From assembly GCA_965219535.1 (NCBI GenBank), contig CBDCNV010000001.1:1950001-1982000 (forward strand): a stretch of DNA of 32,000 bases. Direction: 5' to 3'. A program made the translations under genes and the position numbers. This document shows, piece by piece, positions 7,847 to 17,521 of the stretch. The notes beneath the pieces were generated by a model, which saw only the letters and a program-made list of their open reading frames with translations, did no database searches and was not told where the DNA came from. Every line of letters begins with the position of its first letter. Position 1 is the stretch's first letter. The DNA is from Opitutales bacterium (GTDB lineage Bacteria > Verrucomicrobiota > Verrucomicrobiia > Opitutales > PNEW01).

Positions 7847-8834
7847 TTATTGCGTCGATTTGCTTAATGAATGGACGGGTCATAGATTCAGGCATGAGAG
7901 CGATCTCAAATCCATTGCGCGCCAGAATCGCCAGTTCTTTTTTGCTGAAATTCAACTCCATTGCTAAAGCCGCATATTCCTCCTCAAGTTGATTACCAAA
8001 AGACAGGGGATCATCAGTATTTAAGGTACAGCGAACACCCTCATTGAAAAGCTTACGAATAGGATGATTCTTCATTGTCTCAACAACATTAAGTTTAAGA
8101 TTGCTGATTGGACAAACATCAAAAGTGATATCCCTATCAATAATCATCGATATCACTTCGGGATCTTCGACCGCTCGCACCCCATGCTCCACGCGATTAA
8201 CGCCGAGGATATCAATTGCATCCCTTACATAATCAGGTCCTCCAAATTCTCCTGCGTGTGCTTTAGTAAATTTATCAGCTTCGCGAGCGCGCGGCCAGAG
8301 CGATTTCGCCCAACCTTCAAGGGGGAGGACCTCCGTGCCGTGAAGATCTATCCCATCCAGATTAACCCAATTCACACAATCATCAATAACCGGGGCCATC
8401 AATTCAGTATAATGATTACGCAACATTCCCATAAAAATTCTTACCTCTAATCCATCCGGTACTGCCTCGTGAATAGCGCCAATGATTTCAGGTCCAGGAA
8501 TATGGAGAAATTCAATTATTCCAGCGTGGAAACTGATTTCAACATACTTAACATTCTGTTCAAGATGCTTACGAAAAATAGCAACTGCCGCTTCATAATA
8601 GCGCTCGGGTGAAGTAAACCATTGTAGCGCCATAGCGATCAATGCTTCTTCGAATTGACTGAAACTCTGGAATTTAAATCCATCAGCCCAAGAGCGTGGC
8701 GGCTCTTTGAACTGAACAGGATCAATATTTTGTAGGAACTCGAAAGGCAGGGCACCTTCTATATGCAAGTGTGTTTCTGTTTTAGGGAGGCTCCTGATAA
8801 AAGCCGCAAGGTCAGGATCAGGTTGATAAGACAT
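7833..8834 (-). CDS. add: Adenosine/AMP deaminase-family metallohydrolase
   Basis: The 333-aa ORF has ETHLHIEG, HAGE, RVEHG, CPISN and LNTDDP, which together form the adenosine deaminase family metal and catalytic signature. Confidence 0.85.
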   Translation of the reverse strand: MSYQPDPDLAAFIRSLPKTETHLHIEGALPFEFLQNIDPVQFKEPPRSWADGFKFQSFSQFEEALIAMALQWFTSPERYYEAAVAIFRKHLEQNVKYVEISFHAGIIEFLHIPGPEIIGAIHEAVPDGLEVRIFMGMLRNHYTELMAPVIDDCVNWVNLDGIDLHGTEVLPLEGWAKSLWPRAREADKFTKAHAGEFGGPDYVRDAIDILGVNRVEHGVRAVEDPEVISMIIDRDITFDVCPISNLKLNVVETMKNHPIRKLFNEGVRCTLNTDDPLSFGNQLEEEYAALAMELNFSKKELAILARNGFEIALMPESMTRPFIKQIDAIIGSN

Positions 8835-8913
8835 CGACGATCAACAGATTAATTAATGGAGATTATGGATCAGTATTATTTAATCACCTGACCATAGATG
8901 TTACACGCAAATT

Positions 8914-10026
8914 TTAACCCAGAAGGTAGTCCGGGTTCAACTTCTGTATTGATCTCGGTAGAAAGAGACCATTCTTTCGGATAAGTTTCCCATCAAAGTA
9001 TATCTCCCCTCCCCCATAATCGGGTCGTTGAATAGATACCAGGTCCCAGTGAATCTGCGACCGATTTCCGTTATCTGCTTCTTCATAAGCTTGACCTGGG
9101 GTAAAATGGAAAGAACCAGCAATCTTTTCGTCAAATAAAATGTCGCACATGGGTTCCCGGATATGCGGATTGAAAGCGATAGCAAATTCACCAATGAAAC
9201 GGGCACCGAGGTCAGCATCTAATATTTCTCTCAACTTATTTTTATTTCCGCTCGCAGAAGCTTCAACGATTTTACCTTTCTTAAATACGAAGTGAACACT
9301 ATCGAATGAATTGCCCTGATAAACGGAAGCTGTGTTGAAGGTTATTTCGCCTTCGACGCTGGTTTTAACAGGAGATGTAAACACTTCACCATCCGGTATA
9401 TTATGAGTTCCACCACAGCAAATTGCGCTAATCTCTTTAATCGAAAAACTCAACCGCGTCCCTGGTCCTCTGATTTCAACTTTGTCCGTTTTTTCCATCA
9501 GGCGTTTGAGCGCATTCATTCCAATCACCATGCGCGAGTAGTCCAGCGTGCACACACGAAAATAAAAGTCTTCGAACGATTCCGTGCTCTGTAAAGCTTG
9601 CTGCGCCATTGCAGGTGTGGGCCAACGTAGCACTACCCACTTTGTTTTCCTTACGCGCCAGTCGAGTACAGGTTTCAAGAGACTTGCCGCAAGCTTCATT
9701 TTTTTTGCCGGTATGTCTGAAAGTTCAAAAATATTGTTTGCACCTCTAAGCGCAATATACGCATCCATCTGTTTCATGCGTCGCAATTCATTTTTACAGG
9801 TGATTCGATACTGTTCTTCTACTCCTGCCCTGTATAATTCTCTCGTAATACGTGCCTGGTGAAGTTCCACGAAAGGAATTGCACGTCGTTTTCTTGCCGC
9901 TTGCACAATGGCGATAACCATGTCATCGGGAACATCAAATGCATCGATGAGCACATTTTCGCCTTTTTTTAGATTCGTGGAAAAATCTGTTAAGACATGA
10001 GCCAATTCATGATAACGTGGATCCAT
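8914..10026 (-). CDS. M29-family (AmpS/PepS-type) aminopeptidase
   Basis: The 370-aa ORF has [25 protein letters not shown] and [19 protein letters not shown]. These are collinear with the thermophilic metalloaminopeptidase (M29) family as I recall it. Confidence 0.8.
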   Translation of the reverse strand: MDPRYHELAHVLTDFSTNLKKGENVLIDAFDVPDDMVIAIVQAARKRRAIPFVELHQARITRELYRAGVEEQYRITCKNELRRMKQMDAYIALRGANNIFELSDIPAKKMKLAASLLKPVLDWRVRKTKWVVLRWPTPAMAQQALQSTESFEDFYFRVCTLDYSRMVIGMNALKRLMEKTDKVEIRGPGTRLSFSIKEISAICCGGTHNIPDGEVFTSPVKTSVEGEITFNTASVYQGNSFDSVHFVFKKGKIVEASASGNKNKLREILDADLGARFIGEFAIAFNPHIREPMCDILFDEKIAGSFHFTPGQAYEEADNGNRSQIHWDLVSIQRPDYGGGEIYFDGKLIRKNGLFLPRSIQKLNPDYLLG

Positions 10027-10080
10027 TATTAAGATTTCTTATCCAAGATTCATGATTAAATCAGAGCAATTGCCCGCTAG

Positions 10081-10875
10081 CTATAGCTTTGTATTTAAAC
10101 TTTTACCGATGTTATCTTGAACATCTTTTTTACTACGATGCGCATCGATATAGTGATAAGGAAATACATCGCTTAGGGTTTTCAATGGCTCATATGTTGT
10201 TCGGTTAAAAGTTCGATAGCGGTGATGTGCTTTCTCTTCACAAAGGTCGGTATTTCTTGCTTTCTGCAACGTACCCTGACCTGACTTATTTACTTCAGTA
10301 TTTATTTCCAAAATTTTTCGCCCGCGATGTAATTGTCTTCTTACACTATCTTCCTCATTTACAAAGAGAACTATTATGCCGAATTCTGGATGTGGGTAAT
10401 TACTTTCTTCCGGTGAATCCTGATGGGTGTGGTGTAAATCTAGCAACTGTTGATAAAGTAGCTTTAAAAACTCCACTTGAACCATGCTTCGTGGAAATCC
10501 ATCAACAAGTGCTCCCTTGCGATATTGGGGTTCGATAAGTTTTTGCAAAAGAAGATTGATCGTTTCACGATCTCCCACCAATTGACCGGAATTCATGAGA
10601 AGTTTGGCTTCAGGACTGTCGAAGAGAGAACTTGTAACAATAGGCTTATCCCCCAGGGCCAAGGATTTTAAAATAAAGTCTGTATGTGTACCTTTACCTC
10701 CTCCGGGAGCACCATTAAGCCAGAATATTTTTTTTGGTAATTGAAACCTGCTTTCAGTAAAATTATTTTTTAATTCTTCCCAGATATGATCAATCATTTG
10801 CCGGGCTTCATTAATTTCTTTGTTCGAAGTCTTTGATATACAGGGGACAACTTTCGTTTGGGCTGCGTCCGGCAT
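10081..10875 (-). CDS. Adenylate-kinase-family nucleoside monophosphate kinase-like protein, divergent
   Basis: It has the P-loop LNGAPGGGKGT, the core motif ALVDGFPRS..Q, a LID-like RRQLHRGR...ARNTDL segment and HRYRTF. It also has a ~45-aa N-terminal extension. TSSLFD stands where canonical Adk has STGDMLR. Confidence 0.65.
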   Translation of the reverse strand: MPDAAQTKVVPCISKTSNKEINEARQMIDHIWEELKNNFTESRFQLPKKIFWLNGAPGGGKGTHTDFILKSLALGDKPIVTSSLFDSPEAKLLMNSGQLVGDRETINLLLQKLIEPQYRKGALVDGFPRSMVQVEFLKLLYQQLLDLHHTHQDSPEESNYPHPEFGIIVLFVNEEDSVRRQLHRGRKILEINTEVNKSGQGTLQKARNTDLCEEKAHHRYRTFNRTTYEPLKTLSDVFPYHYIDAHRSKKDVQDNIGKSLNTKL

Positions 10876-10996
10876 GAGTAGTAATGGAATGTATGAGTCG
10901 CTTACGGCTAATTGAGCGAAGGTTAATTACAACGGGGTATACTGTAAAAAATAAAGTTTTTAATTAAAAGAGACACTGAGAATTAGTTTAATATTG

Positions 10997-12217
10997 TCAA
11001 TTTGGAAAGGGAGTTCGTGTAGCGGGCATCTTTTTTTTGGGGAAACATATACGTGAGACTGCTTCATCAAAATCGCTCACTCCACTTAAAATTTCTATTT
11101 CTAATCTAAGATAATAGAATGGGATTTTCGTTATATGGTTAGAGGGGATTCGCACGGCGTCTTTTTCTGTTGTCACAACCATATCCAAATTATCCTCAAT
11201 AGCGTGTTCAAAAAAATCCTTCAACTCGCGGGGAGAAAATCGATGATGATCGAGAAAACGTCGATTGTGTTTAATCTGAGCACCATTATCATTTAGGAAA
11301 GATTCAAAGCTTTTAGGATCTGCGATACCACTAATGGCACCGACACTTTTACCTTGAAGAGCCGAAAGTTCCAATCTTTCTTCTCCATTCACCTCTTGCA
11401 AATAATGGGGCCGATGGGCGCATTCAATGATTTCGGCATCAGGTTTATGTTGGTGAATAATATCTTCTAATTTATTGTCGGTTTCGCCATTCGATTTAGT
11501 GACAAAAATATAAGTTGCCCGCTTGATGTGTTTGACCGGCTCTCTTAGAATACCTCGTGGAAGTAAATGATGATTCCCAAAGGGATTGGTTTTATCGATA
11601 AGTAAAAGATTAAGCTGTTCTTTAAGTGCCAAGTATTGAAACCCATCATCCAAGATAAGTGTGTCTACGCCAAAATTTTTAATCGCAAAAATACCCGCTT
11701 TAACCCTGTTTTTATCTACGATTACGAGTACGCCAGGCAAGTTTTTCGCAAGCATGTAGGGCTCATCTCCCGCCATTTCAGAATCAAGGATTAACCTGCG
11801 CCCATCACTGACAATTTTAGGCGGTGGTGGCTCACCATGAGAAATCATTCGCCACCATTTTTTTAAGACATGTTCATTTTTACTTTTATACCCTCGGCTG
11901 AGAATAGCAACGGTGCGACCACGTTCAGCTAAATGACGTGCAAAAATTTCTACTACCGGCGTTTTACCGGTACCGCCAACGGTCAAGTTCCCAACTACCA
12001 CAACCAGGCATCCAAGATGTTGATCGTGCAATATACGGTTTTTATAAAGAAGAAATCTAATTTGTACAAGGATGCTGAAAATTTTAGATACCCCCATCAA
12101 TAAACACTTGTAGACATTAATGTACCGCCCTTCACGCTGACCGTAAATGACGTCGACGGTAAACTTCTCGAAATTCTCGAGCCAACCTCCTAAAATATCT
12201 TTTACCTGTTTAATCAT
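10997..12217 (-). CDS. lpxK: Tetraacyldisaccharide 4'-kinase (lipid A biosynthesis)
   Basis: It has the LpxK P-loop [16 protein letters not shown] and a hydrophobic N-terminus. The ORF opens at TTG 12220, but the very next codon is ATG (12215-12217), which I prefer as the start. Confidence 0.9.
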   Translation of the reverse strand: MIKQVKDILGGWLENFEKFTVDVIYGQREGRYINVYKCLLMGVSKIFSILVQIRFLLYKNRILHDQHLGCLVVVVGNLTVGGTGKTPVVEIFARHLAERGRTVAILSRGYKSKNEHVLKKWWRMISHGEPPPPKIVSDGRRLILDSEMAGDEPYMLAKNLPGVLVIVDKNRVKAGIFAIKNFGVDTLILDDGFQYLALKEQLNLLLIDKTNPFGNHHLLPRGILREPVKHIKRATYIFVTKSNGETDNKLEDIIHQHKPDAEIIECAHRPHYLQEVNGEERLELSALQGKSVGAISGIADPKSFESFLNDNGAQIKHNRRFLDHHRFSPRELKDFFEHAIEDNLDMVVTTEKDAVRIPSNHITKIPFYYLRLEIEILSGVSDFDEAVSRICFPKKKMPATRTPFPN

Positions 12218-12438
12218 CAAAATTAATGCTTAATTTGTTATTTACTGTAACATTAGTATGAATTAATTAAATAAAAGCGGATAACTGGTATACTCCCAGA
12301 AATTGTTTATTCGCTTGCAGTTGAGTGCTCTTTGTGCGTTGTGTGCTCGACATTATTACGATCATTTGGATCCCAAAAGATTCTTGACGGATTACAAAAT
12401 GAAGCTTTTAAGGCATGTTTCATACCAACTAACAGAAA

Positions 12439-12801
12439 ATGCAAATTAAATTACTCAGATGCAAAATTCATCGGGCTGAAGTTACGGATGCCAATACCCA
12501 CTACGAAGGCAGTTTGGGAATTGACATAACTTTCATGAATAGAGTCGGATTGAAGCCTTATGAAAAAATACTATGTGGGAATATAAATAACGGGAACCGC
12601 TTTGAAACCTACGCCATCCCTGAGCTGGCTGATTCAAAGTCAATAATACTGAATGGAGCGACTGCACACCTCGGTAAGTCGGGAGATAGAATCATTATTA
12701 TGTCTTTTGCCCTCATTACCCCGGAGGAGGCAGAGAATTGGAAACCTAAGATAATCGTCTTAGGTGAGAAAAATAAAATAATTAACACTACTAATTGTTG
12801 A
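12439..12801 (+). CDS. panD: Aspartate 1-decarboxylase proenzyme
   Basis: The 120-aa ORF is collinear with PanD: LRCKIHRAEVT, the HYEGS self-cleavage Gly-Ser site, NGNRFETYAI and LNGATAHLGKSGD. Confidence 0.93.
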   Translation: MQIKLLRCKIHRAEVTDANTHYEGSLGIDITFMNRVGLKPYEKILCGNINNGNRFETYAIPELADSKSIILNGATAHLGKSGDRIIIMSFALITPEEAENWKPKIIVLGEKNKIINTTNC

Positions 12802-13874
12802 GCTATAAACTGTTCATTCCTGGGCCTGTAGAGGTATCGCCAATAACCTTTAAGGCGATGACTACACCGGTAATCGGTCATCGCAGCCCTGAATTTGTGT
12901 CTCTCTACCAGTCAATCCAGGCTGGTCTGCAGCAGCTTTTTTACACTCAAGACCCGGTATTTATCAGCACCAGCAGTGCATGGGGTGTTATGGAAGGTGC
13001 CATTCGCAATCTAACCTTGAAAAAAGTGCTAAACTGCATGTGTGGTGCTTTCTCCGATAAATGGCACGACGTATCTAAACGCTGTGGTAAAGAAACAGGA
13101 GCCGTACAATGTGATTGGGGTCATGCTATTGATCCGGAAGAAGTCCGCCGTGAATTGTCTAGCGGCCAATATGATACGATAACCCTTGTCCACAATGAAA
13201 CTTCAACGGGAACGATGAATCCCCTTTCGGAAATTATGGCTGTAATTAAAGAATTTCCGGAAGTCATTTCTATCGTCGATACCGTAAGTTCCTTTTCTGC
13301 TTTACCCATCAAAAAAGATGAACTCGGTATCGATGTTATGCTTACCGGTTCACAAAAGGCTCTCGCCTTACCACCCGGGATTTCCCCTTTCAGTGTATCA
13401 ACGCGCGCGCTTGATCGTGCCGCTACACTCGGCAATCGTGGGTATTATTTCGATTTTTTGGAATTTCAAAGGAATCACGAAAAAGGAATGACTCCATCAA
13501 CTCCAAATATCCCACTTATCTATGCTCTGCGCTCTAAATTAGAGGAGATTTTTAAAGAGGGGCTGGATAATCGTTATGCGCGGCATAAAAATCTGAATGA
13601 TCGAGTTCATGCCTGGATCGAAAAAAACGGTTTTAAATTATTTCCGGAAAAAAAATTCGCATCGATTACGTTGAGTTGTGTAGAGAATAATCGAGATATT
13701 GATTTATCACTACTTAATAATCTGCTTAAAAGCCGTTATAATTGCATTATCGACCAAGGTTATGGAAAAATCAGAGGAAAAACATTTCGCATATCCAATA
13801 TGGGGGATGAAACCGAGGAAACAATTTCGACCCTTCTAAGCAATCTGGATTCTATATTACGCGAAATAGCCTAA
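12795..13874 (+). CDS. Class-V pyridoxal-phosphate aminotransferase (alanine-glyoxylate / serine-pyruvate aminotransferase family)
   Basis: It has the N-terminal FIPGPVEVSP, VHNETSTG and TGSQKALALPPG (Schiff-base Lys context). It has a forced TTG start: TAA lies immediately upstream in frame, and the next Met would remove the conserved N-terminus. It overlaps the panD stop by 7 nt. Confidence 0.85.
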   Translation: MLSYKLFIPGPVEVSPITFKAMTTPVIGHRSPEFVSLYQSIQAGLQQLFYTQDPVFISTSSAWGVMEGAIRNLTLKKVLNCMCGAFSDKWHDVSKRCGKETGAVQCDWGHAIDPEEVRRELSSGQYDTITLVHNETSTGTMNPLSEIMAVIKEFPEVISIVDTVSSFSALPIKKDELGIDVMLTGSQKALALPPGISPFSVSTRALDRAATLGNRGYYFDFLEFQRNHEKGMTPSTPNIPLIYALRSKLEEIFKEGLDNRYARHKNLNDRVHAWIEKNGFKLFPEKKFASITLSCVENNRDIDLSLLNNLLKSRYNCIIDQGYGKIRGKTFRISNMGDETEETISTLLSNLDSILREIA

Positions 13875-13917
13875 TCCGAAAAAATCTCCTCCGGGTAAAC
13901 CGCTGATTCATACAGCT

Positions 13918-16386
13918 ATGAAAACTTTAATTATTACTGAAAAACCGAGCGTTACACGTGATGTAGCGGCCACAATAGGTAGTTTTAAAAAACAGGGAAA
14001 TTGGTTCGAAAATGATGAATACATTATTGGTTCTGCCGTCGGTCATCTCGTTGAACTCTATATGCCCGAAGACATAGATAAAAAACTGGGGTATTGGAGA
14101 CTCGGAGCGCTTCCCATTATTCCAGAAAAATTTGACCTAAAACCTATTGAGAAGACAAAGGCAAAATTGAATGAACTGCATAAGCTCATTAAAAGAAAAG
14201 ACGTGGATCTTCTTGTTAATGCCTGTGATGCGGGTCGAGAAGGTGAATTAATTTTTACTTATATTTACGAATTAGCTAAATCCAAAAAACCGATTAAACG
14301 ATTGTGGATGCAATCCATGACTCGCAATGGTATTCGAAAGGCATTTGCTTCGCTGCGAGATATAGAGCAAATGAAGCCACTCGAAGATGCTGCACGCTGT
14401 CGATCCGAGGCAGATTGGTTGATTGGAATTAATGGCACACGTGCTTTTACTACTCGAATCTATGGGTCGCGAAGCGGCCAGGTTGCTACAGTAGGTCGTG
14501 TGCAGACCCCCACCCTCGCCATTGTTCTCACGCGGGAACTTGCTATTCGCAATTTCAAATCAAGAGCTTATTGGCGTATTATTGGAAATTTTGGGATCTC
14601 AGAAGGAAGCTATGAAGGGGTCTACCAGCGTCCAGATTTTAAAAAATCTGACGATAATCATGATCGAATAGATCGCATTTGGGATAGTGAAACGGTCGAG
14701 AAACTCATCACAGAACTTAAAGAAAGTAATAATGCGTTCGTCAGCGAAGAGAAAAAACGCACCAGACAAAATGCGCCACTCCTTTATGATTTAACATCCC
14801 TGCAAAGAGAAGCCAATAATCGATACGGACTCTCAGCGCGGCAAACATTACAGATTGCTCAAGCTCTCTATGAAAGACATAAGGTTATAACCTATCCAAG
14901 AACTGATTCTCGCGCCCTACCAGAAGATTATATAACAACCTGTAAAGAGACCATTGATAGTTTAGAAAAGCTAAAGTCTTTTGGACAAAAAGTTCTCAAG
15001 AGCGATTGGATAAAACCTAATAAACGCATATTTAACAATGCGCGTATAAGTGATCACTTTGCGATAATTCCTACGGGTCAAAGCACGAGTAAACTTAAAG
15101 ATATAGAGGAAAAGATATTTGATATGATTGCACGGCGTTTTATCGCGATCTTTTTTCCTCCCGCTCAATACGATGTGACTACCCGAATATCTGAAGTTAG
15201 TGGACACCCTTTCAAAACCGAAGGTAAAGTATTAGTCGAATCCGGTTGGCTCGAAGTTTACGAGAAAACGACTGACGGAAATGAGAATTTACCCGCCTTA
15301 AGTGCTTCCGATGGCTCCCCTCCCCAAGCCAAAGTGATCTCGATTGAAAAACTAGATGAAGAAACAAAACCACCGTCTCGATACAATGAAGCAACCCTGC
15401 TTTCTGCAATGGAGGGTGCAGGGAAATTTGTCGATGACGATGAACTCGCTGAAGCAATGAAAGATAATGGTTTAGGTACACCAGCCACACGTGCCCAGAT
15501 AATTGAACATATTATTAATACAAAATATTTAGTGCGCGATGGGCGTGATTTAATACCTACAGCAAAAGCTGAAGACTTACTTGAATTTCTAGAAGCCGTT
15601 AAAGCCAGTGCGCTTACCAGTCCTTCCATGACGGGTGAATGGGAACATAAGCTTCAGTTGATCGAAAAGGGCAAATTAACTCGCGATGAGTTCATGAAAG
15701 GTATTATCAAAATGACCACGGAGATTGTCGATCGCACTAAGAATTTTACGGAATCAGATGCCGATGCGCGAGTAAGTAAAATTATAGCTCCAACCGATGG
15801 GAAGCCGATGCTTGAAACCCTACGTAATTATAAATCCCAGGATGGAAATTTCCTCGTTTATAAAACAATTGGCAATCGCAAGTTTGATGAAGACGAAATA
15901 AATACTCTTGTTCTTGAGCGATCAATAGGTCCTCTTGACGGCTTCAGGTCCAAAGCAGGTAAACCATTTACCGCGATGCTTAAAATGGACGAGGAAAATA
16001 AAGTAAAATTCATTTTTGAAAATCAACGGAATGAAGATGGTTCGAGTGACGGTGAAATTCCAGATTTATCACAATTTCCTGTCGTCGGAAAATGTCCCAA
16101 TGATGAGGCTCCAGTTCATGAATCGCCCAATGCCTATATCTGTGCCAATTATTACGATACAGAAAAAAAATGTAAATTCCGTGTTAGTCGAACATTGCTT
16201 GGGCGAACGATTCCTCGAGAACAATTTGATAAGCTACTTAATAACGGAAAAACTGATCTCTTGGAGAAATTTCGCTCAAATCGCACAAAAAGATATTTTT
16301 CTGCTCATCTCGTGCTTAAAGATAACGGGCAAATAGGTTTTGAATTTGCCAAAAAGAAATCTACCAAAAAAAAGAAAGCGACTTGA
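13918..16386 (+). CDS. topB: DNA topoisomerase III (type IA) with a C-terminal repeat extension
   Basis: It has MKTLIITEKPSV (Toprim start), DAGREGE, ITYPRTDSR (active-site Tyr context) and GLGTPATRA. The C-terminus has two related ~47-aa repeats and a Lys-rich tail. Confidence 0.9.
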   Translation: MKTLIITEKPSVTRDVAATIGSFKKQGNWFENDEYIIGSAVGHLVELYMPEDIDKKLGYWRLGALPIIPEKFDLKPIEKTKAKLNELHKLIKRKDVDLLVNACDAGREGELIFTYIYELAKSKKPIKRLWMQSMTRNGIRKAFASLRDIEQMKPLEDAARCRSEADWLIGINGTRAFTTRIYGSRSGQVATVGRVQTPTLAIVLTRELAIRNFKSRAYWRIIGNFGISEGSYEGVYQRPDFKKSDDNHDRIDRIWDSETVEKLITELKESNNAFVSEEKKRTRQNAPLLYDLTSLQREANNRYGLSARQTLQIAQALYERHKVITYPRTDSRALPEDYITTCKETIDSLEKLKSFGQKVLKSDWIKPNKRIFNNARISDHFAIIPTGQSTSKLKDIEEKIFDMIARRFIAIFFPPAQYDVTTRISEVSGHPFKTEGKVLVESGWLEVYEKTTDGNENLPALSASDGSPPQAKVISIEKLDEETKPPSRYNEATLLSAMEGAGKFVDDDELAEAMKDNGLGTPATRAQIIEHIINTKYLVRDGRDLIPTAKAEDLLEFLEAVKASALTSPSMTGEWEHKLQLIEKGKLTRDEFMKGIIKMTTEIVDRTKNFTESDADARVSKIIAPTDGKPMLETLRNYKSQDGNFLVYKTIGNRKFDEDEINTLVLERSIGPLDGFRSKAGKPFTAMLKMDEENKVKFIFENQRNEDGSSDGEIPDLSQFPVVGKCPNDEAPVHESPNAYICANYYDTEKKCKFRVSRTLLGRTIPREQFDKLLNNGKTDLLEKFRSNRTKRYFSAHLVLKDNGQIGFEFAKKKSTKKKKAT

Positions 16387-16473
16387 TTCAGAGACAAATA
16401 ATATTTGAATGTGCGAGTAATCAATTTATTCAATTAAACCCTGATAATTCTAACTTTATTTTAATATATCCCA

Positions 16474-17508
16474 ATGCCTGTAGCGACCCCTAAACAATTT
16501 GCCGCTATGCTCGATACGGCACAAAAGGAGGCATATGCCTACCCAGCCGTAAATTGTTCGTCATTAGTTACCGTTAATGCCGCATTAAAGGGCTTAGCCG
16601 ATTCAAAGTCAGACGGGATAATCCAATTTTCAACGGGAGCGGGTCAGTTTTCATCCGGCTTGAATCTTAAAGACATGGTTCTCGGCGTCCAAGTCCTGGC
16701 AGAAGCGGTGCACCTCCTCGCAGAAAAACATGATATTCTCATTGCTCTCCATACGGATCATTGTCAGCCAGACGTGGCTGCCAGTTTTTTGGATCCGCTC
16801 ATTGCTCTAACTGCGGAACGTCGCAAAAATGGCCAAAACAATCTTTTCCAGGGACACATGCTTGATGCATCGGCATTATCTCTGGATGAGAATTTAGAGA
16901 TATCGAAGAAATACCTCAAGCTGTGTTCGGAAAATGAAATCATCCTTGAAGTCGAAGCTGGGGTCGTCGGCGGCGAAGAAGATGGTGCCGCAGGTGGAAC
17001 TGATCTTCCTGACGATAAACTTTTCACAACCTCTGAGGATATGCTCCGTGTCCATGAAGATCTTCAAGGAATTGGAAGGTATATGTTTGCAGCTACTTTT
17101 GGTAATGTGCACGGACATTATAAACCCGGTTCCGTTAAATTGAAGCCGGATATCCTGCAAAAAGGTCAAAATGCCGTTATTGAAAAATATGGAGCGGAGT
17201 CTGAATTCGATCTGGTTTTTCACGGGGGTTCAGGATCACCATTGGATCAAATCCGTGAAACTCTAGATTATGGTGTCATCAAAATGAATATTGATACCGA
17301 TACCCAATATGCTTTTACACGTCCTATTGCCGATCACATGCTTAAAAATTACGATGCGGTCGTTATGGTCGACGGCGATATAGGAAACAAGAAATTTTAC
17401 GATACACGATCCTATTTAAAGAAGGCCGAATCTTCAATGTCTCAACGCGTGATCCAGGGGTGTAATGATTTACGCTCCACCGGAAAAACCTTGTTTGGAA
17501 AAATATAG
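16474..17508 (+). CDS. fba: Class II fructose-bisphosphate aldolase
   Basis: The 344-aa ORF has ALHTDHC, FGNVHG, VFHGGSGS and KMNIDTDTQ, which are class II FBA metal and substrate motifs. Confidence 0.93.
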   Translation: MPVATPKQFAAMLDTAQKEAYAYPAVNCSSLVTVNAALKGLADSKSDGIIQFSTGAGQFSSGLNLKDMVLGVQVLAEAVHLLAEKHDILIALHTDHCQPDVAASFLDPLIALTAERRKNGQNNLFQGHMLDASALSLDENLEISKKYLKLCSENEIILEVEAGVVGGEEDGAAGGTDLPDDKLFTTSEDMLRVHEDLQGIGRYMFAATFGNVHGHYKPGSVKLKPDILQKGQNAVIEKYGAESEFDLVFHGGSGSPLDQIRETLDYGVIKMNIDTDTQYAFTRPIADHMLKNYDAVVMVDGDIGNKKFYDTRSYLKKAESSMSQRVIQGCNDLRSTGKTLFGKI

Positions 17509-17521
17509 GTCTTATGAAATC

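Noticed and set aside
12332-12529. A 65-aa plus-strand ORF spanning the lpxK-panD intergenic region and the panD start.
   Set aside because: It overlaps panD in another frame. It has no motif and no better initiation context than panD itself. The PanD N-terminus at 12439 matches the family exactly.
14433-14448. TGGCACACGTGCTTTT, an exact sigma-54 -24 hexamer.
   Set aside because: It lies inside the topB coding sequence. There is no GC dinucleotide at the required N10 spacing (the GC falls 3 nt too early), and no gene start follows it.
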